A stretch of 64,000 nt of DNA from positions 1 to 64,000 of the IMG/VR virus record IMGVR_UViG_3300009788_000098; one strand, written 5' to 3'. Under the pieces are notes generated by a model, which was not told the origin of the DNA, did not search any database, and was given only the letters and a program-made list of their open reading frames with translations. How positions within the stretch are numbered: position 1 is the first letter of the stretch; the number at the start of each line of letters is the position of its first letter. Shown here in pieces: positions 27,955 through 36,399 of this stretch. The DNA is from a virus. The position numbers and the translations under genes were made by a program.

Positions 27955-28316
27955 GGATACCGATAAAAGCGTTGAAGGAGATTGCAAAGAAATATAGCCT
28001 TTCTCACATTATTTTATTTGCTTATCACCCGAATAGTAAAGAACACCATATCGCCTCTTATGGCAAATCACTGGAGGGGTGTTCCCAAGCAGCAGATTTT
28101 AGCAATACGTTAAGGGAAGCGCTAGGATGGCCTGAAGCATTACTTGTACAACCATCACGAGTAAAGAAATTGCAAGTCGAGGTTGAGGGGTTGAAGGAAT
28201 TATTAAAACAAGTTGCTCAGCATGTTAGTACTGATAATATTGGAGCCGGGTCAGCTTTAGTTTGTGACACTCTTCAAAAATTGATGAGAGACAATTATTT
28301 TTATGAACAAAAATAG
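27951..28316 (+). CDS. hypothetical protein
   Basis: AGGAG RBS. Confidence 0.7.
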   Translation: MRIPIKALKEIAKKYSLSHIILFAYHPNSKEHHIASYGKSLEGCSQAADFSNTLREALGWPEALLVQPSRVKKLQVEVEGLKELLKQVAQHVSTDNIGAGSALVCDTLQKLMRDNYFYEQK

Positions 28317-28336
28317 CTTCTGATACCCGGAAGGAA
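28309..28336 (+). repeat. 28-bp direct repeat, copy 1
   Basis: AAAAATAGCTTCTGATACCCGGAAGGAA, identical at 30076. Confidence 0.9.
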
Positions 28337-28349
28337 GTGAGTGGCTTGC

Positions 28350-28378
28350 TTGACACAACTGTCAAGATGTGGTATTAT
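28350..28378 (+). promoter_or_regulatory. promoter with inverted repeat over -35
   Basis: TTGACA-17-TATTAT; TTGACA-CAAC-TGTCAA inverted repeat. Confidence 0.8.
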
Positions 28379-28398
28379 AGTGTAGCATATGATATAAA

Positions 28399-28510
28399 GC
28401 GGTAACCACACCGTCAAGTGGGTGGAAAGCCCACACCTCCCCCTTACCCTGTTGGGAATTGGATGGCAGTTATAGTAGCTTACTGAGTGCGAACCTCAAC
28501 CATCCAACTA
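28399..28510 (+). ncRNA. structured leader with T-loop-like hairpins / tRNA-like element
   Basis: TTGGATGG/CCATCCAA stem enclosing AGTTA-TAG-TAGCT and TGAG-TGCGAAC-CTCA; upstream GTGGG-TGGAAAG-CCCAC. Confidence 0.4.
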
Positions 28511-28539
28511 CAAGGACACCGTTGAACGAAGGAGAAACC

Positions 28540-28728
28540 ATGATTGACTTGCAATATGTACACAAATGTCCACGATGTAATAATCTTTACTCTGATGAAC
28601 GATTGTGGGAGCTTATTACAAATATGAAAACACCCGATGCTCTCATAAAAGAGTATAAGATTGACGCATGTCCTGTATGTGTTGTAACAAAAGGCATTAT
28701 AAAGGTAGTGAAATCATTTCAGGAATGA
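28540..28728 (+). CDS. Zn-finger hypothetical protein
   Basis: CPRC...CPVC; AAGGAG RBS. Confidence 0.65.
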   Translation: MIDLQYVHKCPRCNNLYSDERLWELITNMKTPDALIKEYKIDACPVCVVTKGIIKVVKSFQE

Positions 28729-28937
28729 AGGAGAAGATAATGGGAACAATGACTTTATTTATATGTGATTTGTGTGGCAAAAAGTGCGAGGGCAAACTTT
28801 CGGAATACCCACTTAAAGATGACTTCTGCTACATTGACTTTCGTTCACTTGGCGAAAAACGTAGAGTAGAAAATATTCTTGCGTGTGACAGATGTATGAA
28901 TGAATTTGATAAGCTGTTAGCTACACTAAGGACATAA
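28725..28937 (+). CDS. Zn-finger hypothetical protein
   Basis: CDLC...CDRC; similar pattern to 37444. Confidence 0.65.
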   Translation: MKEKIMGTMTLFICDLCGKKCEGKLSEYPLKDDFCYIDFRSLGEKRRVENILACDRCMNEFDKLLATLRT

Positions 28938-28939
28938 CC

Positions 28940-29305
28940 ATGATAACATTCCGAACGGGAGACGTAGTTGAGATCAACAATGTGCCAGGCAAAGTTGTAC
29001 GCACAAAGAGTAGGCAGCTCATTGTAGAGCCGTTACCGAAGTACACCTATGCCAATGGGGTCATGCAGTTTGACGAGGAGGACATAGAGCAAGCAGGGAA
29101 GTTCTTGGAAATCACATTCATGCGCTTGCACACCGAAATAACGAACCTGATATCGCTGGTTGAGCTTGCATTGCGAGCTGATGTGCAATATAAACAGCAC
29201 TACATATATCTGTTAGCGCAAGCAATTGGGGTTGAGATGGGCGGTATTGATAGAGGTGAGATACCGCACTATGAGGAGGAAGAAGACAATGGCGAGGACA
29301 GTTAG
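28940..29305 (+). CDS. hypothetical protein
   Basis: ORF track. Confidence 0.6.
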   Translation: MITFRTGDVVEINNVPGKVVRTKSRQLIVEPLPKYTYANGVMQFDEEDIEQAGKFLEITFMRLHTEITNLISLVELALRADVQYKQHYIYLLAQAIGVEMGGIDRGEIPHYEEEEDNGEDS

Positions 29306-29511
29306 TTCTATGAGATGTTTGACGCTCATGTCAACTTCAGACCGATATTATCCTAAGTTTGCCCAGTTCTCGTTTTACGAAGTGCGTTCTGGGCTACCTA
29401 GAGATAACTGGCCTGCTGGGACTATATTTCGGGATGGGCGTGGGCATTTGCGACATGTTCGGAGAGGTAAGAAAGGCGGGTTGATACTGGTGAAGGGGGG
29501 CGGGAGGTCGG

Positions 29512-29958
29512 ATGGACATAAGAGGACACTTGATGATGGTGGTCATAGCTTGCTTATTAGTGGGACTGGCGGGATGTGCTGACCCAGTGGTATTTGAAGC
29601 AGTTCGAGACACAGTCGGGCTGCAAGAAGCAACATTGGGTATGTGGTCAACTGAGTTGTTTTACGATGGGGCACATTACTTTGGAGTAACCCCGCTCTCT
29701 CAACAGACGTATTGGATACGGTCTACAATTGAGGGCGTGATTACAGACTGCGGGGTGAACGGGAATATCTGCAACATTGCCGATGTGCCAATGACCGGTG
29801 TTGAATGGCATATGTTGCCGGAAACAGTCAAGGCGGGAATGGTGAATTTTGTTCTGACTGTGATTGACAATGCACAGTACGTGAACGCCTGGTTGATGAT
29901 TATACCAGTAGGCGAGTTTGATATCTTTGATGTAATAGCACCGAGAGAGAAGACGTGA
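29512..29958 (+). CDS. putative lipoprotein
   Basis: Hydrophobic signal with LAGC lipobox. Confidence 0.6.
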   Translation: MDIRGHLMMVVIACLLVGLAGCADPVVFEAVRDTVGLQEATLGMWSTELFYDGAHYFGVTPLSQQTYWIRSTIEGVITDCGVNGNICNIADVPMTGVEWHMLPETVKAGMVNFVLTVIDNAQYVNAWLMIIPVGEFDIFDVIAPREKT

Positions 29959-30075
29959 TGGTTATTAATAAGTGAATGATGAGCAAAACAATTACGTGTA
30001 AAAAATGCAGATGGATTTTTGATGGTCGATGGTGTCCAAAGTGTGGTTGGGATAGAGCGTCAAAATATGAGGAAG

Positions 30076-30103
30076 AAAAATAGCTTCTGATACCCGGAAG
30101 GAA
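30076..30103 (+). repeat. 28-bp direct repeat, copy 2
   Basis: Identical to 28309-28336. Confidence 0.9.
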
Positions 30104-30109
30104 AGGAGA

Positions 30110-30310
30110 ATGATGATGACTGATATGTATATTGTTGAAATTGATGACAGGAGATATGAGATAGCTCTTGAGGTTGCGGAATTGATAAAAGGTCAAGGGG
30201 AAGAGCTCGAGGAGTTGAAGACTGAGAATGAAAGTTATAAACTTCAATGTGATATGCTGCAAAAATTAGTAAGGGCAACTTCAAAGGAATTGAAGGAAAG
30301 CGAGGACTAA
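30110..30310 (+). CDS. coiled-coil hypothetical protein
   Basis: GAAAGGAG RBS. Confidence 0.65.
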   Translation: MMMTDMYIVEIDDRRYEIALEVAELIKGQGEELEELKTENESYKLQCDMLQKLVRATSKELKESED

Positions 30311-30311
30311 A

Positions 30312-31067
30312 ATGACTGATAGAGTAATAGGACTGGATGTGTCCCGTTGGCAGGACAATCCCTACACCCCACAGGAGATTGACTTTGTAAAAGCGCGCGA
30401 GAATGGAACTGATTTTGTGTTCATCCGTGCCGGATTGGATAACACGGTAGACATAAACTTTGCCGATGCGTGGAGGGATGCGAAGAAGGCAGGGCTGTTG
30501 CGGGGGAGCTATTGGTATTATGATTACCGGTTCAATGCCTGGGCACAGTCCCAGAAGTATATTGGCACACTAGACGGTGATTATGGCGAGTTACCCCTGG
30601 TCGTTGATTTAGAAAAGAAGCGGGGCACAAAATATCCGAATCGCATGGCTTATCTTGTTGGCATCAAGGATTTCTTAGAAGGGCTAGAATTGCACATATC
30701 TGATAACCACTCAATAATGATTTATCTCAACCGCGGACTGATAAACTATCTCAAGCCCATACCTGAATGGCTGTTGGCATATGACCTTTGGATAGCCTGG
30801 TACCCGAACGCCTGGGCAAGGTTGCGGAATAGACAGCCCAAGGTATCACCATGGAAAAGGTACACGCTATGGCAGCACACAGATAGAGCGGATGGTCACG
30901 CATATGGCATGGAAAGTCGCCAGGTAGACGAGAACTACTTCAACGGTTCATGGGAAGAGTTGCAGAACTACGCCACACATATCTCAATTGAGCCACCTAC
31001 ACCGCAACCGCCTACAGAGCTAACTAACCAGGAGAAGTTAGACAGGCTATGGGAGATGCACCAGTAA
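30312..31067 (+). CDS. GH25 muramidase (endolysin)
   Basis: GLDVSRWQ, FVFIRA, LVVDLE, LWIAWY, LWQHT, VDENYF. Confidence 0.88.
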   Translation: MTDRVIGLDVSRWQDNPYTPQEIDFVKARENGTDFVFIRAGLDNTVDINFADAWRDAKKAGLLRGSYWYYDYRFNAWAQSQKYIGTLDGDYGELPLVVDLEKKRGTKYPNRMAYLVGIKDFLEGLELHISDNHSIMIYLNRGLINYLKPIPEWLLAYDLWIAWYPNAWARLRNRQPKVSPWKRYTLWQHTDRADGHAYGMESRQVDENYFNGSWEELQNYATHISIEPPTPQPPTELTNQEKLDRLWEMHQ

Positions 31068-31177
31068 TGTGTTATAATGGTACACTATGGACACAAAATT
31101 ATGGGACACAATACTATGCGTGATATTCGTGATTGCGGTTGTGGTGATAATTGTGCTTGCGGTGCTGGTGACATAGC

Positions 31178-32113
31178 ATGAAGATACTAATCACCGGCGG
31201 CGCAGGGTTCATTGGATCACACGTTGCAGACGTACTTGTCAGGCGTGGCGATAGAGTATTCACCATTGACAATTATACTACTGGGCGCTTTGAGAATACT
31301 AATGAAAGAACATTCGTCTTCGATGATAATATTGCCAATGGGCTTGCTGTCAGGGAGATATTTGAGAGCATTCGCCCCGATGTAGTTGTCCATGCTGCTG
31401 CGTCTTATGATGATCCTGATAATTGGTTCAGGGATGCAACAACCAACGTGTGCGGGACTATCAATGCGGTCAAGATAAGTGATACATTTGATGTAAAGCG
31501 GTTTGTATATCTACAGACCGCACTGTGCTATGGGCTAAAACCAGAGACGCAACCCATCCCGATTGACCATGTCCTAAACCCAGTTGGCAGTTTCGCAATT
31601 TCCAAAGTGGCAGGCGAGAGATACGTGATGGAGAGCGACCTTGATTGGGTATCGTTAAGGTTAGCTAACGTCTACGGGCCGAGAAGCGTGAGTGGGCCTG
31701 TACCGGCGTTCTGGAAGCGATTGAGCGAAGGCAAAGAGTGTTTTGTAGCGGATAGTCGTAGGGACTTCATCTATGTTGATGACGTGATACGTGTGATTGT
31801 GAAAGCTATCGACGGAAAGGGGGAAAGTGGTGTGTACCACGTGGCAACTGGACAAGATTGTCCGATACTAACATTGTATCAAGAGATAGTAGCTGCAATG
31901 GGATTGGATATGCCCGACCCTGAAGTGCAGAAACGAAGCCCTGATGACGCGGCCACTATACTGCTAGATGCAACTGAAACAAGGGTGGACTTTGACTGGG
32001 ATGCCGTGACACCACTGGACTTCGGTGTGCGGAAGGCAATTGCTTGGTACGAGGAGTGGGGTGTTGAGAAGACGTTTACGCATCTGGGCGACAAGGATAA
32101 TGGGAACCACTGA
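31178..32113 (+). CDS. NAD-dependent epimerase/dehydratase (GalE-like SDR)
   Basis: ITGGAGFIG, RLANVYGP, RDFIYVDD; FAISK in place of YxxxK. Confidence 0.88.
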   Translation: MKILITGGAGFIGSHVADVLVRRGDRVFTIDNYTTGRFENTNERTFVFDDNIANGLAVREIFESIRPDVVVHAAASYDDPDNWFRDATTNVCGTINAVKISDTFDVKRFVYLQTALCYGLKPETQPIPIDHVLNPVGSFAISKVAGERYVMESDLDWVSLRLANVYGPRSVSGPVPAFWKRLSEGKECFVADSRRDFIYVDDVIRVIVKAIDGKGESGVYHVATGQDCPILTLYQEIVAAMGLDMPDPEVQKRSPDDAATILLDATETRVDFDWDAVTPLDFGVRKAIAWYEEWGVEKTFTHLGDKDNGNH

Positions 32114-32124
32114 GGGAGAATAGT

Positions 32125-32388
32125 ATGACAGAAGAAGCACTAATAAGTATTCTTATGGGTACGCCAATCATAACGGAAGATTGTACTATCAAGCGTATTG
32201 ATATACAGAAACACCCCTGCCCCTACTGCCACGGCATCACGTATGACGACAGTCGAGGGCATTGTTGCGGGTGCGGTGCGCCACGAGAACAAGAGAAACC
32301 ACCGCGAGGGCTTACGTTGATGAAGGGCGTTGAGAGTGCCACGCTCAAAGACGCGATGCTATCAGCTTGGTGGGAAGTTGCCAAGTAA
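32125..32388 (+). CDS. Zn-ribbon hypothetical protein
   Basis: CPYC...CCGCGAP. Confidence 0.65.
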   Translation: MTEEALISILMGTPIITEDCTIKRIDIQKHPCPYCHGITYDDSRGHCCGCGAPREQEKPPRGLTLMKGVESATLKDAMLSAWWEVAK

Positions 32389-32484
32389 CACACAAACCGC
32401 CCCACATGAGCGGGGCAGCTTGCGCCAAAGTTTCCTTTGGGTGGGGGATTATAGGATTTTAACACACAAGTAGAAATTTGTCAA
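32389..32484 (-). ncRNA. promoter plus small structured RNA (C-rich family member B)
   Basis: TTGACA-17-TAAAAT, then CCTATAATCCCCCAC, CCAAAG-GAAA-CTTTGG, GCTGCCCCGC-TCAT-GTGGGGCGGT. Confidence 0.6.
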
Positions 32485-32777
32485 GGAGAGATATGGTAGA
32501 CGAATTGTCAGATGTAATGGGAAAGAAGTTGGTTGATGCTGAAGGATATGTGCCTGAAGGTGACGATTTACATTTTGAGATTACCAAGTTTATTTTTGAG
32601 GATGGAACAGAAGCATTTGCTGAGGGTAGCCACGATACTGTATCGTTGTCATCATATTCTAAAAACAATGAGTATGAATTATCCAATGAAAATCTTGAGA
32701 AATGGCAAATATGTAATAATTGCGGAAATAGAATGATGTACGATGGCAATAAATGGATATGTAGTGCATGGGTATAG
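32478..32777 (+). CDS. hypothetical protein with C-terminal Zn ribbon
   Basis: AAGGAG RBS (likely start MVDELS); CNNC...CSA. Confidence 0.6.
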   Translation: MSRRDMVDELSDVMGKKLVDAEGYVPEGDDLHFEITKFIFEDGTEAFAEGSHDTVSLSSYSKNNEYELSNENLEKWQICNNCGNRMMYDGNKWICSAWV

Positions 32778-34345
32778 CAATACCAGACAACCCCAGCGAC
32801 ATAGGCGTTCCCCACAATGAGTGGCGACGAGGACAGCGTTCTCTATTGGAGTCCTTTATACATAGCAAGGCAGAGTACGTCTTTACAGAAATTCCAACGG
32901 GCACGGGCAAGAGCGGGGTTGCGTGTGCTCTAGGTCACTACAACAACGTCACGGTCTGCGTACACACATTGGCACTACTCACCCAATACGAGAACCAGTA
33001 CGGGTTTTCAGTCGTGCGTGGCAAGCAAGAATACAATTGTGCTAATGTTGAGAAGGTTGATGCTTGGAGAGGGTTGCACAAGATAGTCCCGACTGTTGCT
33101 GATTGCACTTATAGTCCTATGAACAATTGTGAGTATTATTCTTATTGCCCTTATCCACGTGCTAAACACCGTGCAACGCTTGCGGAACGATCCGCTTGTA
33201 CCTATCGCTACATGGCATTGTCTGAGAGGATGCAAAATCGTAACGGGTTTTTAGTATTTGATGAAGCTCACGATGCAGCAGAGGAGCTTATTGCTTTCAA
33301 TCAGTTTGAGCTTGTCAACCGCAGATTGCAGAAGCATAAATTGCCATTGTTTCCTATACAAGAGTTTGGGGAAGATAACAAAGGGGATGTTGTGACACCT
33401 GTAGAACGAGGGGCGTTGCACAGATGGTTGCGTGAGTGTATCGGTCTGCTCAAAGTTGAAGCAGGTGACGAGAGCCGTGAAGCTGCTACAAGGAAACGCA
33501 TGGAGAGCAGATTCATACGTATCGGTGGCGAGATAGCATCTGATGATTGGTTCTTGCATATCACGGACAAAGGCTTCACTGTTTAGGCATTGAGTGCGCG
33601 CAGGATTGCGACCATAGTATCTGAGAAGAAAAGGCGTAAGTTGCTGATGAGTGCTACAATTGGCAAGCCGGCTCCCCTTGCGGGGGCATTAGGGATTAAG
33701 AACTATCAATCATATTCGCTTCCCCATCCTGTACCAGCTAAATACCGCCCTGTAGATGATTTAGGTGTGCCACGCATGACGCATCGTAATCTTGTACAGC
33801 AAGGTGATGGTCTGTTTGATGTGCAGGCAGGGTGCATCTGGGAGTGGGTTAGTATGTTTCCGAAACACTGGCGTGGTGTTATACTGACAACCAGTTACTA
33901 TAAGATAGAACAAATAGCTAAACGATCACAGGGCAGAGGTCGCAGGTTGCTTGTCCAAGAACGGGGGGTGAAGGTCGGTGACGTAGTGAAACAGTTCATC
34001 AGCGATATGCGAGACGGCGATGTTATGATTGGCACAATACAAGGCATGGGAACGGGCATTGATTTGTTTGGCGACATTGCTCGGTGGTTGGTCATTGCTG
34101 GTGTTCCGCATGTAAACCCGACTGATAGGTATATGAAAGCTAGACGTGACAAGGACGGGGGAGCGCACTATCAACGTTGGTTGACGTACAATGCGGTTGT
34201 ACAGGCAGCAGGGCGTATCAGCAGGGGCGAACTGTTAGATGACGGCTCGTTTATGACGAACTATGTTGCGATTGCTGATGGGTCTGCGATGACGGCTACT
34301 GCGTTGAGGTTCTATCCTGAGTGGTTCAAGGAAGCAATACAATAA
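32768..34345 (+). pseudogene. DinG/XPD-like Fe-S helicase interrupted by one in-frame TAG (33584-33586)
   Basis: WRRGQ Q motif, PTGTGKS, Cys cluster, DEAH; after GTT TAG GCA the frame continues with MSAT, GIDL, QAAGRISR. Confidence 0.8.
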
Positions 34346-34420
34346 TTGACATTCAAACCAAAACATGCTATACTCCTATAATCACCCCCCCCACTAGCCC
34401 TGCCCGTTGGCGGGGTTTTT
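34346..34420 (+). ncRNA. promoter plus ~45-nt C-rich small RNA with terminator (family member C)
   Basis: TTGACA-17-TATACT, CCTATAATCACCCCCCCC, AGCCCTGCC-CGTT-GGCGGGGTT-TTT. Confidence 0.55.
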
Positions 34421-34445
34421 GGGTGTGCAGTCATTGACTTATTCA

Positions 34446-34474
34446 TTGACTTATCGCATAGCATGTGGTATACT
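34446..34474 (+). promoter_or_regulatory. promoter of the sugar-biosynthesis operon
   Basis: TTGACT-17-TATACT with TG. Confidence 0.75.
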
Positions 34475-34512
34475 GAAATAGTAGCCCAATACTGTTGGGC
34501 AAGGAGAATTCT

Positions 34513-35139
34513 ATGAAAGACACATCAGTCATAATTTTGTGTGCAGGTCATCAAGAACGATGGGGCGATATATCTTGTAAGCATCTTGTGCCGATTGACA
34601 AAGAACCGTTGCTGTTTCGGACTGTGAAGCAATGCAAGAAGATATTTGGGGTTGAGCCTGTAGTTGCTACGCAGAATCCTTTGCTTGATAAGTTGTCTCG
34701 GCATAAGGGGTATGAATCTCATATACCGTTTATGTGCAGGTGGACAGTTGAGACGCTTTCAAGCACTCTTGACCAGATTATATATTATCCAGGCGGAAAT
34801 CCATTACCGATAATGATTGTGTTATTAGGTGATGTTTATTATACTGATGTCACATTGAGGGTTATCAAGAAGGGCAATACATTAGTCTATGGCGATTCGT
34901 ATGAAATATATGGGTTGAAACTTTGCAATCATAATAGGGCTAGAGTTGCCTTAAAGAAAGCAATTGCACATGCTGAAGAAGGGGGCACAGGTAAGCTGTG
35001 GGAGTTCTACCGTGCTTATATTGATATTCCCATGATGCCTCATGTTGAGTGGTTGGATGTAGAGTTCACGTTTATTGATGATGAGACACAGGACTTTGAT
35101 ACTTATGAAGAATATAAACAGTTTATTGCAAATAGGTAG
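34513..35139 (+). CDS. nucleotidyltransferase-like protein (GT-A/MobA-like fold)
   Basis: IILCAGHQERWG...KHL...EPLLFRT, LLGDVYY, DFDT. Confidence 0.7.
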   Translation: MKDTSVIILCAGHQERWGDISCKHLVPIDKEPLLFRTVKQCKKIFGVEPVVATQNPLLDKLSRHKGYESHIPFMCRWTVETLSSTLDQIIYYPGGNPLPIMIVLLGDVYYTDVTLRVIKKGNTLVYGDSYEIYGLKLCNHNRARVALKKAIAHAEEGGTGKLWEFYRAYIDIPMMPHVEWLDVEFTFIDDETQDFDTYEEYKQFIANR

Positions 35140-35367
35140 ATTTAGATGTTGGTTGCGCTATGTTCCGAACAGGATTATTGGATTTATTCTTTGGAACACT
35201 TCTCATAGTTTCATTTATCGTATTGCCAAACATGTAATGTGGCTTAAGACAGGTCATTATTGTGTGCTCTACAAGGACATAGCAGGAAGTACTGGAAAAG
35301 TTAGATGGTATCGGTGGGAGAAAGCCAGCAAACAATGTTCACTTCTTATCCCAGAAAGGTACAGGAC

Positions 35368-36093
35368 ATGAAAGTCATTATCCTTGCAGGCGGACGTGGT
35401 ACAAGGTTAGGGCATGAGACAGATCGTATCCCTAAGCCGATGGTTGAGATTGGGGGGAAACCAATACTATGGCATATTATGAAGCACTATGCTCACTATG
35501 GGTTTAGTGAGTTTGTGGTTGCGGGGGGCTATCAAGTTGATATAATCAAGCATTATATTTGGGACAGAGGGTGGAATAGCGATAGTGGTGTTTACCAAGT
35601 TGATGAGAATTTTGATGTACAGGTTATTGATACTGGCTTAGATACGCAAACAGGTGAGCGCATCAAGAGGTTGCAGCCCCTTATAGATGATACATTCATG
35701 GTTACATACGGTGACGGGGTAAGCAATGTCAAATTGGATAATCTCATCGCGTATCATGGCACTCACCCCTATACAGCAACCATGACAGCGGTACGCCCTC
35801 CATCTAAGTTTGGTGTGCCGAAAATCAACGAGCTTGGTTTCGTGGAAGAGTTTGCCGAGAAGCCGCGCGGGTGGATAAATGGCGGGTTCTTTGTATTTGA
35901 GCCAAGCCTGTTTGAGTATTTAGAAGACGGGGCATCTCTGGAACAGCACACGTTATCAACACTTGCGCGCGAAGGTCAGTTGCTTGCATACAATCATTAC
36001 GACTTCTGGCAATGTATGGATACGCCACATGATCGTGATAAGTTGCGTGAACTTTGGGATAGCGGTAATGCGCCGTGGAGGATATGGGAATGA
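35368..36093 (+). CDS. rfbF: glucose-1-phosphate cytidylyltransferase
   Basis: ILAGGRGTRL...PKPMVEIGGKPILWHIMK, TYGDG, WINGGFF, FWQCMDT. Confidence 0.88.
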   Translation: MKVIILAGGRGTRLGHETDRIPKPMVEIGGKPILWHIMKHYAHYGFSEFVVAGGYQVDIIKHYIWDRGWNSDSGVYQVDENFDVQVIDTGLDTQTGERIKRLQPLIDDTFMVTYGDGVSNVKLDNLIAYHGTHPYTATMTAVRPPSKFGVPKINELGFVEEFAEKPRGWINGGFFVFEPSLFEYLEDGASLEQHTLSTLAREGQLLAYNHYDFWQCMDTPHDRDKLRELWDSGNAPWRIWE

Positions 36094-36296
36094 AGCGCGG
36101 TGATGCTCTCGACTACATCGTTGACATGCTCAATAGGGAAATCAAGAAACTCATTCCCAGAGCTGACATGGAGAAGAACCATGGTTGGTTTAGCGAAGCA
36201 GGGCGTATGGCATATAAGAAGCGTGGAAAATTGCAGGAAGTACGTAAAGCAATGCTTGCAATACCGCGCATAAAACAGATGGAGTTATTTGAATGA
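36090..36296 (+). CDS. small basic protein ending QMELFE
   Basis: ATGA-coupled; similar to the 49184 ORF. Confidence 0.65.
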   Translation: MKRGDALDYIVDMLNREIKKLIPRADMEKNHGWFSEAGRMAYKKRGKLQEVRKAMLAIPRIKQMELFE

Positions 36297-36399
36297 ATAG
36301 TCCTATATATTGTATTCCCGAGCATGTCTTGTTTTTTACATTGCTTATAGGATTTGTTATAGTTTTCGTTGTTGGGTACGGGTTAGGAGTTTCTAGGAA

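Noticed and set aside
28459-28507. Canonical tRNA gene
   Set aside because: No D-arm or 7-nt anticodon loop and too short; kept only as tRNA-like
32768-34345. Genome-wide TAG recoding
   Set aside because: Many tightly coupled genes end in TAG, and only one internal TAG was found
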